A stretch of 64,000 nucleotides of DNA from an uncultured Nostocoides sp. (GTDB lineage: Bacteria; Actinomycetota; Actinomycetes; Actinomycetales; Dermatophilaceae): NCBI GenBank assembly GCA_937873315.1, contig CALMQX010000036.1, forward strand, positions 89,457 through 153,456, written 5' to 3'. Each line of letters opens with the position of its first letter. The first letter of the stretch is position 1. Of this stretch, positions 35,023 to 44,986 are shown in pieces. The notes beneath the pieces are model-generated. The model saw nothing but the letters and a program-made list of their open reading frames with translations, made no database searches and was not told the DNA's origin. The translations under genes were made by a program, and so were the position numbers.

Positions 35023-35874
35023 ATGGGTACGGTTCAGCGCGTCGGCGTTTTGAGCACGGGCATGGTGAAGGTGCGTCCAGAGCACATCGAGGCGACGTGG
35101 AAGCCGATGATGCTGTGGATGGCAACCTCGCGACGGTGGACGACGCCGCTGCCGATCCAGGCGTTCGTCATCGAGCACGACGACGGGCTGGTGCTCTTCG
35201 ACACCGGCCAGGACCGAGCCTCGGTGACCGACCCGGGCTACTTCCCTGGCGGTGTCGTCGGCGCGATGTACCGCCGGACCGCGCAGGCGGACATCCCGGA
35301 GGACCAGACCCTGACCGCGGGGTTGGAACGGCTGGGGTATGCCACCAGCGACGTGACGACCGTCGTGATCTCGCACCTGCACCAGGACCACATCGGCGGG
35401 CTGAGCGAGGTTCCTCAAGCGAGGATCCTCATCGACCCGGCCGAGTGGGCGACCGTTCACGCCAAGGGCGCGGAACTGTCCGGCATCATGGCGCGCCACA
35501 TCGAGGCACCGGGCCGCCGTTGGGAGCAGGTCGCCTATGACGGGGCGGGCGCCGGGCTTACGCCCTTCTCTCAGTCCTTCGACCTGTTCGGCGACGGCAC
35601 GATGGTGCTCGTCCGTACCCCGGGCCACACCCCGGGTTCGCTGTCCATGGTGGTGCGCCGGGATGGCTGGGCGCCGATGGCTTTGGTCGGTGACTTGACC
35701 TACTCCTGCGAGCTGCTGGACGCTGGCGCGATCCCCGGCGCAGGAGAGAAGGACGAGCTCCGGCAGAGCAGCGACTCGGTGCTCGCCCTCCAGCGCAACC
35801 TCCCCGGCTTGGCCGTGCTGGCCGCTCACGACCCGCGCGCGGGCGAACACCTGGCTCGGGCCACCGCCGGCTAG
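35023..35874 (+). CDS. metallo-beta-lactamase-fold hydrolase (N-acyl-homoserine-lactonase-like)
   Basis: GAGGAG Shine-Dalgarno. ISHLHQDHIGG (HxHxDH) and TPGHTPGS. Confidence 0.85.
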   Translation: MGTVQRVGVLSTGMVKVRPEHIEATWKPMMLWMATSRRWTTPLPIQAFVIEHDDGLVLFDTGQDRASVTDPGYFPGGVVGAMYRRTAQADIPEDQTLTAGLERLGYATSDVTTVVISHLHQDHIGGLSEVPQARILIDPAEWATVHAKGAELSGIMARHIEAPGRRWEQVAYDGAGAGLTPFSQSFDLFGDGTMVLVRTPGHTPGSLSMVVRRDGWAPMALVGDLTYSCELLDAGAIPGAGEKDELRQSSDSVLALQRNLPGLAVLAAHDPRAGEHLARATAG

Positions 35875-35916
35875 TCGGTGGGCGGCATACAGCCGCGGGG
35901 CTGAGACGATAGCCAC

Positions 35917-36372
35917 ATGAGGACCGCCGAACAGCTGCGCTACCTCGTCCTCGCGGCCCAGCTCGAGGGACGTCGCCAGTGGTCACGCGCGTTACGGCCG
36001 CTCGGACTGACCCCGTCGCAGGCCGAGGTCCTCCGGGTGCTGCAGGACCATGGCCCGGCATCGGTGGGTTCCGTTGGAGCCCTGCTCGTGTGTGAGAGCG
36101 GGACCAACCCCAGCCGGCTCGTCGACCGATTGGTCGAGGCCGGGCTCGTGCAGCGGCACGCGGATGCGAACGACGCTCGGGCAGTCGTGCTCTCGCTGAC
36201 GGCCGAGGGCGTCAGGCATGCCGACCAGGTTCAGGAGTTGGAGTCGGCCATGTACGAACACCTGGACCGAGTGGCCGGTCCGGACGCGGAGGCCGCGATT
36301 CGATTCCTTCGGGCGTATGTCGAGGGCACCCCGGTGGGCGAGTCGTTCCACCTCCGGGAAGGCCAGATTTAA
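35917..36372 (+). CDS. MarR family transcriptional regulator
   Basis: 151 aa. LGLTPSQAEVLRVLQDHGPASVGSVGALL...RLVDRLVEAGLVQRHADANDARAVVLSLT. Confidence 0.85.
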   Translation: MRTAEQLRYLVLAAQLEGRRQWSRALRPLGLTPSQAEVLRVLQDHGPASVGSVGALLVCESGTNPSRLVDRLVEAGLVQRHADANDARAVVLSLTAEGVRHADQVQELESAMYEHLDRVAGPDAEAAIRFLRAYVEGTPVGESFHLREGQI

Positions 36373-36382
36373 GGCGCGCAGC

Positions 36383-38083
36383 TCACAAGGTGTACAGCCG
36401 CGCCAGTGGGTTCCAGGTGCTGGCGGGCGCACTCAGTTCCTCGCCGTCAAAGGTCACTCGCGCCCCGGCCGCGTCGACGTGCACCGTGCCCGTCTGGCGG
36501 TTGCGCACCATGTCGGCCAGTCCGATCCCGCGGCATCCGGTGACCGCGACCCGACGTCGTGAGGTCGGCAACCGATCCTCATCGGCGTCCCGGCAGGATT
36601 TCGACACGAAGGCCACGGCGAGATCAGCCGGCGCACCACCGTGCCCGCCGAAGAGCGGCCCGTAGCCCAGGGGTTGTGCGCTGTCGACCGTCGCGTTCGG
36701 GTCGCCGGTCATCCCCCAGGCCGGGAAGCCCGCCTTGAGGACCTGGCGTGGTTTGACACCGAAGTAGGCGGGGTCCCACAACACGATGTCGGCAAGCTTC
36801 CCCACCTCGAGCGATCCGATCTCGTGCGCCATGCCGTGGGCAATCGCCGGGTTGATGGTGAGCTTGGCCAGATAGCGAAGGACTCGCTCGTTGTCGTCGG
36901 CTTCTGCATCGCTGATCCCGCTCGCGATCAGCCGCGCTTTCATGACGGCAGCCGTCGCGAACGTGCGCGCCACGGTCTCGCCCGCGCGTCCCATGCCCTG
37001 AGCATCCGAGGACATGATCGGAATAACCCCGCGATCGTGCAGCACGTCCTCGGCGGCCATCGTCGCCGCTCTGATCCGGTGATCGGCCAGTGCCCGATCC
37101 CAGGGCTGGTCGAGGTTCAGCCCATGGGCGAGCACGATCATGGCCAGGTGTTCGGCGGTGGCGTCCCGCCCGAACGGCATCGTTGGGTTGGTCGACGAGC
37201 CGATGATGTGCGGAACCCCAGCCAGAGTGAGCAGATCGGGGGCATGGCCACCGCCGCACCCCTCGACGTGGAAGGCGTGGATCGTTCGGCCATCGAGGAC
37301 GGCCACGGTCTCCCGGACAAAGAGAGCCTCGTTAAGCCCGTCGGAGTGCACGGCCACCTGGACATCGTGATCCTCGGCGACACGCAGCGCGGTGTCGAGC
37401 GCGCGCGGGTGGGCGCCCAGGTCCTCGTGCACCTTGAATCCGACGACACCAGCGCGCACGAGGGCCTCGACGTGCGTTTGGGTGGTCGAGGACGAACCCC
37501 GACCGAGGAAGCCGACGTTGATGGGCCAGGCGTCCATGGCCGCCCATGCCCGATGCACGCCATACCGGTCCGACACTCCGACGCCCCACATCGGCCCATA
37601 CTCCTGGCCGAGGATGGTCGTGACCCCACTCGCCAGCGCCGCTTCCATGATCCTCGGCGACAGCAGGTGCACATGCGTGTCGATAGCACCGGCCGTGGCT
37701 ATCAGGCCCTCGCCGCTGACCACCGCCGTCCCCGTGCCGACGACGACGTCGATCCCGTCCATCGTGTCCGGGTTGCCTGCGCGCCCGAACCCGACGATGC
37801 GCCCGTCCCGAATGCCGATCGAGCCCTTCGTGATCCCCAGAACGGGGTCGATCACGACGACATTGGAGATGACCAGGTCGCAGCTGGCCGATGGGGGGAC
37901 GGCCTGGAGCCCCATGCCATCCCGGGCGGTCTTGCCGAATCCGACAAGGAATTCGTCGCCGCGTCGCTGGGCGTCTCCCTCGACCCGGACCACGAGGCCG
38001 GTGTCGCCGAGGACGATGCGGTCACCGGTCGTCGGCCCGTGGCTCGCGGCATAGTTGGCTCCGTCGGCCTGATGGTCGCTCAC
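36383..38083 (-). CDS. ureC: urease alpha subunit
   Basis: 566 aa. DTHVHLL (HxH), GFKVHEDLG (carbamyl-Lys), [38 protein letters not shown]. All canonical Ni ligands are present. Confidence 0.9.
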   Translation of the reverse strand: MSDHQADGANYAASHGPTTGDRIVLGDTGLVVRVEGDAQRRGDEFLVGFGKTARDGMGLQAVPPSASCDLVISNVVVIDPVLGITKGSIGIRDGRIVGFGRAGNPDTMDGIDVVVGTGTAVVSGEGLIATAGAIDTHVHLLSPRIMEAALASGVTTILGQEYGPMWGVGVSDRYGVHRAWAAMDAWPINVGFLGRGSSSTTQTHVEALVRAGVVGFKVHEDLGAHPRALDTALRVAEDHDVQVAVHSDGLNEALFVRETVAVLDGRTIHAFHVEGCGGGHAPDLLTLAGVPHIIGSSTNPTMPFGRDATAEHLAMIVLAHGLNLDQPWDRALADHRIRAATMAAEDVLHDRGVIPIMSSDAQGMGRAGETVARTFATAAVMKARLIASGISDAEADDNERVLRYLAKLTINPAIAHGMAHEIGSLEVGKLADIVLWDPAYFGVKPRQVLKAGFPAWGMTGDPNATVDSAQPLGYGPLFGGHGGAPADLAVAFVSKSCRDADEDRLPTSRRRVAVTGCRGIGLADMVRNRQTGTVHVDAAGARVTFDGEELSAPASTWNPLARLYTL

Positions 38084-38790
38084 GGCGCCTCCCCCACTGG
38101 CACGCTCAGGTAGCCGAGCGCGCTCGCTCGCGCCATCGCCTCGTCCACGGCCCCTGGCGCGTCGAGCGGCCCATCCACGAGGCCCGCAAAGCCGACCGCC
38201 ACGCGGCGCCCGGCGATCGGGACCAGCCCTACGCTCACGACGGTCCCCGGCTCGAAACGCACTCCCGTCCCCGCGGGGACGTCAAGATGCATGCCGTATG
38301 CCGCACGCCGGTCGAACCGCAGGGCTGCGTTGGCTTCGAAGAAGTGCCAATGCGAGGTCACCGTCACCGCAACGGCTGCGGTGTTTCGCACCTCAATCTC
38401 GACCGGCGAAGGGCCGGGCTGATCCATCAACGGAGCAGGGAGGACGGCCCCTGGCGCCGAGTCGCCGAGGGAGCCGCTATCACCGAGGGCACCGAAAGGC
38501 TCAGGAACGATGACCAGACGGGTGCCGTCGTCGAAGACCGCCTCGACGGTCACGGACGGGACGATGTCCACAACCCCAGGCAGGACGTCATCCGCGGTCA
38601 GGATCGACTGTGCGGCCCGGACAACATCTGCGTGCCGGAGCCCGTCGCGGGCTCGCTCGATGACCTCGTCGCACACGAGCGCGATCGCCTCAGGGACGTT
38701 GAGCCTCAGCCCGCGCTCGTGGCGGCGTCGCGCCACCGCAGCTGCACCGGCCAGCACCAGACGGTCCCGCTCTGCGGGTGTCAATCGCAT
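38080..38790 (-). CDS. ureAB: urease gamma-beta fusion subunit
   Basis: From ATG 38790. [39 protein letters not shown] (gamma), then a beta-like half ([24 protein letters not shown]...FDR). Overlaps the ureC start by 4 nt. Confidence 0.85.
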   Translation of the reverse strand: MRLTPAERDRLVLAGAAAVARRRHERGLRLNVPEAIALVCDEVIERARDGLRHADVVRAAQSILTADDVLPGVVDIVPSVTVEAVFDDGTRLVIVPEPFGALGDSGSLGDSAPGAVLPAPLMDQPGPSPVEIEVRNTAAVAVTVTSHWHFFEANAALRFDRRAAYGMHLDVPAGTGVRFEPGTVVSVGLVPIAGRRVAVGFAGLVDGPLDAPGAVDEAMARASALGYLSVPVGEAP

Positions 38791-38871
38791 GCGTCGGCCC
38801 CGCGGCATACGGCGGCCCGTCCGGCCGGTAGAGCACGTGCCATTCGTCTCGCCTCCAATCGAAGACCGATG

Positions 38872-39888
38872 CTACGGGCGTGGGGCGGGTTCTTGCTGGG
38901 TGATGCAGTGGACGCCGCCGCCGCGAGAGAAGATCGTCCGAGAATCCACGAGAACCACCTCTCGGTCGGGATACACATCCGAGAGGATCTGACGCGCCAC
39001 CTCGTCGTTGGGGTCGTCGAATGCGCACAGAACGACGCCGCCATTGCAGACGTAGTGATTGATGTAGGAGTAGTCGACCCAGCCGTTGTCGTCGCGCAGC
39101 ACCGTCGGCGCTGGCACGGGGACCACACGCCACCGACCACACTCCTGCAGAGTGCGGATCGCCTCGGCACTGACGGCGTGGTCGGGATGAGCAGGGTCGC
39201 GTTGGTCGTGCACGAGGATGACGTCGGGGCCGGCGAAGGCGGCGATGATATCCACGTGGCCGCGCGTGCCGAAGGTTCCGTAATCGCGCGTCAGGCCGCG
39301 CTCAATCCAGATGACGTCCGGCGCACCGATCGTTCGTGACAGTTCCTCTTCGACCTGCGCGGCGGTCCAGTCCGGGTTGCGACCGGGATCGAGCTGGACG
39401 GTTCGGGTGACCAGCACGGTGCCTTTGCCGTCGACGTGGATGCCGCCGCCCTCGTTGACCATCGGCGACGTCACGACAGGCACGTCGGCGGCGGCGGCGA
39501 CGACCCCAGCAATGCGTTCGTCGTTGCCCCAGCGCGCCCACTCCTGAGCGCCCCACCCGTTGAAGACCCAGTCGATCGCAGCGAGGGATCCATCAGGGCC
39601 GTGCACGAACGTCGGACCCATGTCGCGCATCCAGGCGTCGTCCAAGGGGGCAACGACGAAGTCCACTCCGGTCGGAAGCAGGTCCCGGACCGCGTCGATG
39701 TCGGCTGGGTCAACGACCATCGTCACCGGCTCGAAGTGCGCGACGGCACGAGCCACCGCGGCCCAGGCACTCCGCACATTCGCCAGTCCCGCCTCGTCGA
39801 GGTCGGCCGATGTGGGGCCCGAGGGCGGCCACGCCATCCAGGTGCGGGTGTGCGGCTCCCACTCAGCCGGCATTGTCCATCTGGTCAC
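38872..39888 (-). CDS. agmatine deiminase family (PAD_porph) guanidino-group hydrolase
   Basis: GTG 39888 (GAAGGAGGG upstream, GTGA overlap with the permease stop). MPAEWEPHTRTWMAWP ... C-terminal GGGVHCITQQEP catalytic Cys motif. Confidence 0.85.
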   Translation of the reverse strand: MTRWTMPAEWEPHTRTWMAWPPSGPTSADLDEAGLANVRSAWAAVARAVAHFEPVTMVVDPADIDAVRDLLPTGVDFVVAPLDDAWMRDMGPTFVHGPDGSLAAIDWVFNGWGAQEWARWGNDERIAGVVAAAADVPVVTSPMVNEGGGIHVDGKGTVLVTRTVQLDPGRNPDWTAAQVEEELSRTIGAPDVIWIERGLTRDYGTFGTRGHVDIIAAFAGPDVILVHDQRDPAHPDHAVSAEAIRTLQECGRWRVVPVPAPTVLRDDNGWVDYSYINHYVCNGGVVLCAFDDPNDEVARQILSDVYPDREVVLVDSRTIFSRGGGVHCITQQEPAPRP

Positions 39889-41384
39889 AATGACCCTCCT
39901 TCGGTCGCGCGCGGTGCATGGGCATGTGGGCGGATGGTAACCAGCGCCAGGTAAACCACTCCTGCGGCCACGGCCGAGGTCAGAACGCTGGCGTCCACTC
40001 CACCAAGTCGGTCGGCGATGGGCCCGATGTAGGTTTCCGTGGAGTTCGACAGGATGCCGACGACACTGCCGACGACCCACGCGGCGACGGCGTCGAGGTT
40101 CCAGCCGCGCCAGTACCAGTAGCTGCCACCGTGCCCGCGCCGGTTGAACACCTGTAAAGCGTCCTGGTCAAAGCGACCCTTAGTGCGGGCATACCCCAAC
40201 ATGGTCACGGCCGCCCACGGCGTGGCGAGCGAGGTGAGCAGGAGAACGTAGAAGGTGACGGACTCTTCGGCGGCCCACACAAAGCGGCCCAGGAACACCA
40301 GGGCGAGCGCGATCGCCGACACCACGAAGGTCGCTTGGGTCCGCGTCAGGCGCGGCAGGATCGCGTCGAGGTCCAGGCCCATGCTGTAGAGGTTGACCCC
40401 ACCCTGCCCGAGGCTGCCGATCACACCGGTCGCCAGGATGGGGAGGATCAACCAACCCGGGCTGCCTGCGGTGTAACCCGCGACAAAACTGGACTCATCG
40501 AATGCGGCCACGGAGACGAAAGCCCCAAAGAGCGTCGGTACCGCCAGGCCGATGAAAAGGCCCACGAAGGTCGCGCCCAGAAGTGGTCCGGGCTGGTGCC
40601 GACGCGGAGAGATGTAGCGCGTCCAGTCGCCGATGAGGGTCACATACGAGATGGGGCCGGCGACGCCTGCGGTCAGAGCCGCGAGCAACCAGGTCGGCCA
40701 GAAGTCGCCGAGCAGGTACTGGTCCGGCGTCCCGGGATAGCTGGCGTCAAAGTGTGGCGCCAAGGCGATCAGTGAGAGGACGACCGTGGCCCCGACCACC
40801 GCGATGATGACCTTGTTGAGGCGGACGAGCCATTGGAAGCCGTATACCGCGACAACCCCAACGAGGATGGCGATGACGGCATACCCGGCGGCCAGTTCCA
40901 GGTTGGTCTCCTCAGCGCCGGTTATGCGGACCAGGCTGGCAACGACGGCTTCGCCGCCAGTCCACACGGTCAGGGCGATGTACCCCAGGCAGAGCAACAG
41001 ACCAATGACCGAGGCGACGAGTCGACCGCGCACCCCGAAGTAGGCCCCGCTGGACACCGAGTTGTTGGTTGCGGCGCGGTAGCCCAGCAAGGCCATCGGC
41101 ATCACGGCCAAGCTGCCGACAAGGGTGCCGGCGAGTATCGCGCTAACCGCCTGCCACCAACTGAGGCCATACAGAATGGCCAACCACCCGAACACCATGA
41201 CGGACAGGGCGAGGTTGCCGCCCCAGAGGATCCCGATGACATCGCGCGGCCGGGCAGTGCGCTCGACTTCAGGGATGGTGTCGACACCGTGCTGCTCGAC
41301 GCCGAAGTCGTCGGCAGCGATGGACTCCGGCGACTCGGCTGGGACTGATCTGCTCACTGGGCCTCCACTCTCGCGTTGAGGCAA
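39885..41384 (-). CDS. NCS1-family (purine-cytosine/allantoin/hydantoin-type) permease
   Basis: 499 aa, 12 TM. N-terminus FGVEQHGVDTIPEVERTARPRDVIGILWGGNL is typical of cytosine/purine permeases. Confidence 0.85.
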   Translation of the reverse strand: MPQRESGGPVSRSVPAESPESIAADDFGVEQHGVDTIPEVERTARPRDVIGILWGGNLALSVMVFGWLAILYGLSWWQAVSAILAGTLVGSLAVMPMALLGYRAATNNSVSSGAYFGVRGRLVASVIGLLLCLGYIALTVWTGGEAVVASLVRITGAEETNLELAAGYAVIAILVGVVAVYGFQWLVRLNKVIIAVVGATVVLSLIALAPHFDASYPGTPDQYLLGDFWPTWLLAALTAGVAGPISYVTLIGDWTRYISPRRHQPGPLLGATFVGLFIGLAVPTLFGAFVSVAAFDESSFVAGYTAGSPGWLILPILATGVIGSLGQGGVNLYSMGLDLDAILPRLTRTQATFVVSAIALALVFLGRFVWAAEESVTFYVLLLTSLATPWAAVTMLGYARTKGRFDQDALQVFNRRGHGGSYWYWRGWNLDAVAAWVVGSVVGILSNSTETYIGPIADRLGGVDASVLTSAVAAGVVYLALVTIRPHAHAPRATEGGSL

Positions 41385-41463
41385 CCTAGCGCAGATTTGA
41401 ACGCCAGTCTAGAGTGTCGTTCTAATTCTCGGCGGATCGCGAGCTGGGCGCTAACCTTCCGAC

Positions 41464-42048
41464 ATGACCACGCGGGATGACGCAACACGCGGCGCGAAGG
41501 TCGCCGTGCGCGACCGCGTCCTGCGAGCCGCGCTGGCAGCATTCGAGGACAAGGGTCCCGATCGGGTGCGCGTGCAGGACATCGCGAGCCGGGCAGGGAT
41601 GAGCAGCGGACACGTCCTCTACTACTTCCGCGACCGCGACCGGATTCTGATTAGCACCCTTCTGCTCAGTGAGGAAAGCCTTGCCGAGCGCCGCGACCGG
41701 GCTGTGCGTCGCGCCAGTGATGCCGCGGCCGCGCTGGATCAGTTGACCAGGCTCTATCTGCCGACCGGTCCCCGCGACGTGCGCTGGGCGCTGTGGGCCC
41801 AGGTGCTGGCGCGCCCGCCAGAGGACATCGCGACACGGGATCGGCTGCAGGAGCTGGCGAACGCCTGGACCTTGTGCATCGCCGCGCTACTCCAACCGGC
41901 GTCACCGCCCGACGGCCTCGCCGCCGCGAGTCTGTATTGCCACTTGATGGACGGTCTGGCCATGGAGGTTCTGCTTGGAGCTTCGGGGCACGGCCGGGCG
42001 TGGGCGGTTCGTGAGGCTGCCGCGGGCCTTGCTGCGCTGGCGCGCTAG
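41464..42048 (+). CDS. TetR family transcriptional regulator
   Basis: VRDRVLRAALAAFEDKGPDRVRVQDIASRAGMSSGHVLYYFRDRDRIL. Divergent from the permease-deiminase-urease operon. Confidence 0.85.
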   Translation: MTTRDDATRGAKVAVRDRVLRAALAAFEDKGPDRVRVQDIASRAGMSSGHVLYYFRDRDRILISTLLLSEESLAERRDRAVRRASDAAAALDQLTRLYLPTGPRDVRWALWAQVLARPPEDIATRDRLQELANAWTLCIAALLQPASPPDGLAAASLYCHLMDGLAMEVLLGASGHGRAWAVREAAAGLAALAR

Positions 42049-42106
42049 GCGAACTTCATCGCCGACCTGGTTTCGGTCGCCGGCCAGGCCCACCTAGAGT
42101 CTGATC

Positions 42107-42892
42107 ATGTCGCACACGTCGATGCCGCCCACGCCAGCCCTGGCGTCTTGGGCCGCCGGGACGCACACCGCTGAGGTCGCGGGGCGTGCGACCACCCATC
42201 CGACGTACCGCAAGGGTCATGGCCCCGGCGTCATCATCATTCACGAGATGCCCGGACTCACCGATGGCGTGATCCGATTCGCCGAGGAAGTGGTGGCGGC
42301 CGGATACACCGTCGTGCTTCCGCACCTGTTCGGGCCGATCGGACGGACCGTCAGCGGCGGGGACGTCATGCGCACCCTGCCCAAGATCTGCGTCAACCGG
42401 GAGTTCACCAAGATCGCGGTCGGTCGGACGGCTCCGGTGGCCGATTGGTTGCGTTCCCTGGCCGTCGCCCTGCATGAGGAACTCGGTGGGCCTGGAGTCG
42501 GCGCCCTCGGCATGTGCTTCACCGGCGGTTACGCGCTGGCCATGATGGTCGAGTCAGCCACTGTCGCGCCGGTCTTGTGCCAGCCCAGTACCCCCTTCGC
42601 CTTTGGGCAGACAAGAGCCGCCGACCTGGGTCTGTCCCCGGCCGATCTGAATGCCGTGGTCCGGCGCGCTGCCGATGGGTGCTCCGTGCTGGGCGTCCGG
42701 TACCGGTCGGACCGCGCCACCGGCACGCGCTTCGACACGCTAACGGACCTGTTGGGCGACCGCTTCCTCAAGGTCGAACTGGACGGCGAGGGACACTCAA
42801 CGGTCACCGAGCAGCGCAGCCAAGACGCCGTCGACAGCATCTTGTCCTTCTTCGCCTCGACGCTGGACGTCGCGGGGCGCGTCGACAGCTAA
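42107..42892 (+). CDS. dienelactone hydrolase family protein
   Basis: 261 aa. GPGVIIIHEMPG and nucleophile region GALGMCFTGGYA. Confidence 0.85.
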   Translation: MSHTSMPPTPALASWAAGTHTAEVAGRATTHPTYRKGHGPGVIIIHEMPGLTDGVIRFAEEVVAAGYTVVLPHLFGPIGRTVSGGDVMRTLPKICVNREFTKIAVGRTAPVADWLRSLAVALHEELGGPGVGALGMCFTGGYALAMMVESATVAPVLCQPSTPFAFGQTRAADLGLSPADLNAVVRRAADGCSVLGVRYRSDRATGTRFDTLTDLLGDRFLKVELDGEGHSTVTEQRSQDAVDSILSFFASTLDVAGRVDS

Positions 42893-43246
42893 GCCCGGCG
42901 GCACACTTACCGGCGCCAGCGACACGGCCGATTCCTTGACCACGGCAAACTCGGCGAACGCGCCCATCTCCACGACACCGGTGTACGCGATGACTGCGTC
43001 TCCGACGGCAAGGCGAGAGACCCCTTCTCCCACAGCGACAACCTCACCCGACAACTCTCCGCCGGCAACAGATGGCAAATTGGGGTGGAAGAGCAGCTTG
43101 GACTCGCCCCGGCGGCTGCGCTCGTCAGCGTGGTTGATCCCAGCAGCGGCCATCCGCACGAGGACCTGGCCGGGGCCAGGGCTCGGCCGCGGCATCTCTA
43201 CCTCTCGGAAGGGACGGCTATACCCCTCCAAGATGAACGCTCTCAT
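42797..43246 (-). pseudogene. quinone oxidoreductase / zinc-ADH family, N-terminal (GroES-like) fragment only
   Basis: MRAFILEGYSRPFREVEMPRPSPGPGQVLVRMAAAGINHADERSRRGESKL...GGELSGEVVAVGEGVSRLAVGDAV... Homology stops near 42905. The rest of the ORF is antisense read-through of the hydrolase 3' end, and no Rossmann domain is present. Confidence 0.55.
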
Positions 43247-43697
43247 CGGTGTATTCCTCCTCCGGGCGTGGCCCGGGCATCAATCGGTTTGGCAAGGTAT
43301 GCGCCCCAGCACAAGGTGGAGACACGACGTCGGCTGGTCGAGGTCTCGGCTCGACGGTTCAAACGTGATCGCGGTCTTCGCGGCGTGGATTATCGCTTTC
43401 GGTGCGGCAGCGGTAGCCCTTGTTCGGCGACGGGACGTCTGACAACTTCCCGATGGAAACCGCTGCCGGGGCGTTGCGGTCGGACAGTTAACCCGTCAGC
43501 TTCGCGGGCGCGTGCGCGTGCGCAAACCGCCCTCACTCATGCTTCGTGGATCTCCAGGCGACAGAGCGTGGGCTGCTGTCGATAGCGACCCAGGCCAGGG
43601 CATCGTGCTCGTCCAGGGCGGCATTCACCGGGATGCCTCGCGCACGTTTCACGCCGCTGCCGCCCCGAGTGCGGTTGCGCTCAGACCCGCCCCTTCT

Positions 43698-44147
43698 TCA
43701 TCGAAGGTCACCGTCGTGCGCACGCGTCATCTTGGCATCGTGAGACGCGTCAGGATGCCAGCTGGCCTCACGCCGAAGCACGACGGCCAGGAAGGCGAGG
43801 AGGCCGATCCCGCCGGTCGCCAGTGCAAACAGAACCCACGGCACCGGGGTTAGCCCGACCTTGCGTGCCCGGGGGATCAGCAGGAAAAGCGCCACGCTCG
43901 CCGCAATGAGCAAGTCGAACCAGATCTGGTTGCCCCAGAGGTTTCGCACGTGTTCCGTCCAGAACCCCAGTGCCCCCTCTCGGAACATGGCCACCAGGCT
44001 GAAAGTCAGGAATGCCGCACTCACCCCTGCCGGCCACCAGCACCCCCTGCTTGTGGCCGGGCGCCGGGTGGTAGCCCGGAACAGGGCAAAGCCGAGGGCG
44101 GCGCACGCCGCGACGATGGGGGCTACCTGAGTGAAGGACACGACCAA
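43698..44147 (-). CDS. hypothetical 4-TM membrane protein
   Basis: TTG 44147. Hydrophobic helices (VAPIVAACAALGFALF, AGVSAAFLTFSLVAMF, IWFDLLIAASVALFLLI, VLFALATGGIGLLAFLAVVL). Divergent from a TetR gene. Confidence 0.5.
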   Translation of the reverse strand: MVVSFTQVAPIVAACAALGFALFRATTRRPATSRGCWWPAGVSAAFLTFSLVAMFREGALGFWTEHVRNLWGNQIWFDLLIAASVALFLLIPRARKVGLTPVPWVLFALATGGIGLLAFLAVVLRREASWHPDASHDAKMTRAHDGDLR

Positions 44148-44152
44148 AATGT

Positions 44153-44162
44153 AGTTATAACT
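44153..44162. promoter_or_regulatory. perfect 10-bp palindrome AGTTATAACT in a divergent promoter region
   Basis: Lies between the membrane-protein start (44147) and the TetR start (44183). It is an AT-rich island in GC-rich DNA. Confidence 0.3.
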
Positions 44163-44182
44163 CGGATTGGTCGCAAGCCATT

Positions 44183-44740
44183 GTGGCGGAACTGCCCAGT
44201 ACGCTGTGGCCGGTGGGCTATAAGTACGACCGCGGGGCCTTCCTTAAGGAGGCTCAGCAGCTCGCCCTCTCCGACGGCCTGGCTGGGCTGACCTACGGCA
44301 AACTGGCCCGACGGCTCGGCATTCCCGATCGGGTAGTCGTCTACTACTTCCCGACGAAGACCGACCTCATCCTGGAGACCCTGGGGGCTCTCGGCCTGCA
44401 ACTGCAGTCGGTGCTGGCTCGTGCCTTCGGCGGCACCTGCCGCCCGCCAGATGAGCTCGTCGCCGATGCGTGGCAGGTGTTCCGAACGCCCGAGGTTGAG
44501 CCGATCGCGGCGATCTTCCTCGAGGTCGTGGGCCTGGCCGCGGCCGGGCAAGCGCCCTACCCAACCATCGCAAGAGACCTCGTGAACACGTGGGTCGACT
44601 GGCTTGAACCGCTGGTAGCGGACCGCGAGGATCCGCATGCCGCGGCCCTGTCCGTCGTGGCCAGGATCGACGGCCTGCTGCTCGTGCGCCAGGTCCTCGG
44701 CATGGAGGCCGCGGACGCCGCGGCGCACTTCGACGGCTAA
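44183..44740 (+). CDS. TetR family transcriptional regulator
   Basis: GTG start. FLKEAQQLALSDGLAGLTYGKLARRLGIPDRVVVYYFPTKTDLI. Confidence 0.85.
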   Translation: MAELPSTLWPVGYKYDRGAFLKEAQQLALSDGLAGLTYGKLARRLGIPDRVVVYYFPTKTDLILETLGALGLQLQSVLARAFGGTCRPPDELVADAWQVFRTPEVEPIAAIFLEVVGLAAAGQAPYPTIARDLVNTWVDWLEPLVADREDPHAAALSVVARIDGLLLVRQVLGMEAADAAAHFDG

Positions 44741-44986
44741 GCCCGGTGACCACCAACACGAACGGGGTATCGACTGCTCCGCTGCATCTCGACAGCGGTG
44801 TGCCAGCGAGTCGGCCGGCAGGACATGATCAAATGAGGTCCGTGATCGCCGAGGAACTCAGGCGCACCGGAATTCGTCGGGCGGCGCGTATCACCACAGC
44901 GGACGAAACGAGGTGGCACCATCACCAGTGCGAGAGACGGCATACCGGCGTCATGCCGATGAGCGTGCGGTGTTCGATCGAGACGC

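Noticed and set aside
36641-39339. 490-aa and 482-aa plus-strand ORFs across the urease/deiminase genes
   Set aside because: They are antisense shadows. The minus-strand genes carry unmistakable urease and agmatine-deiminase motifs.
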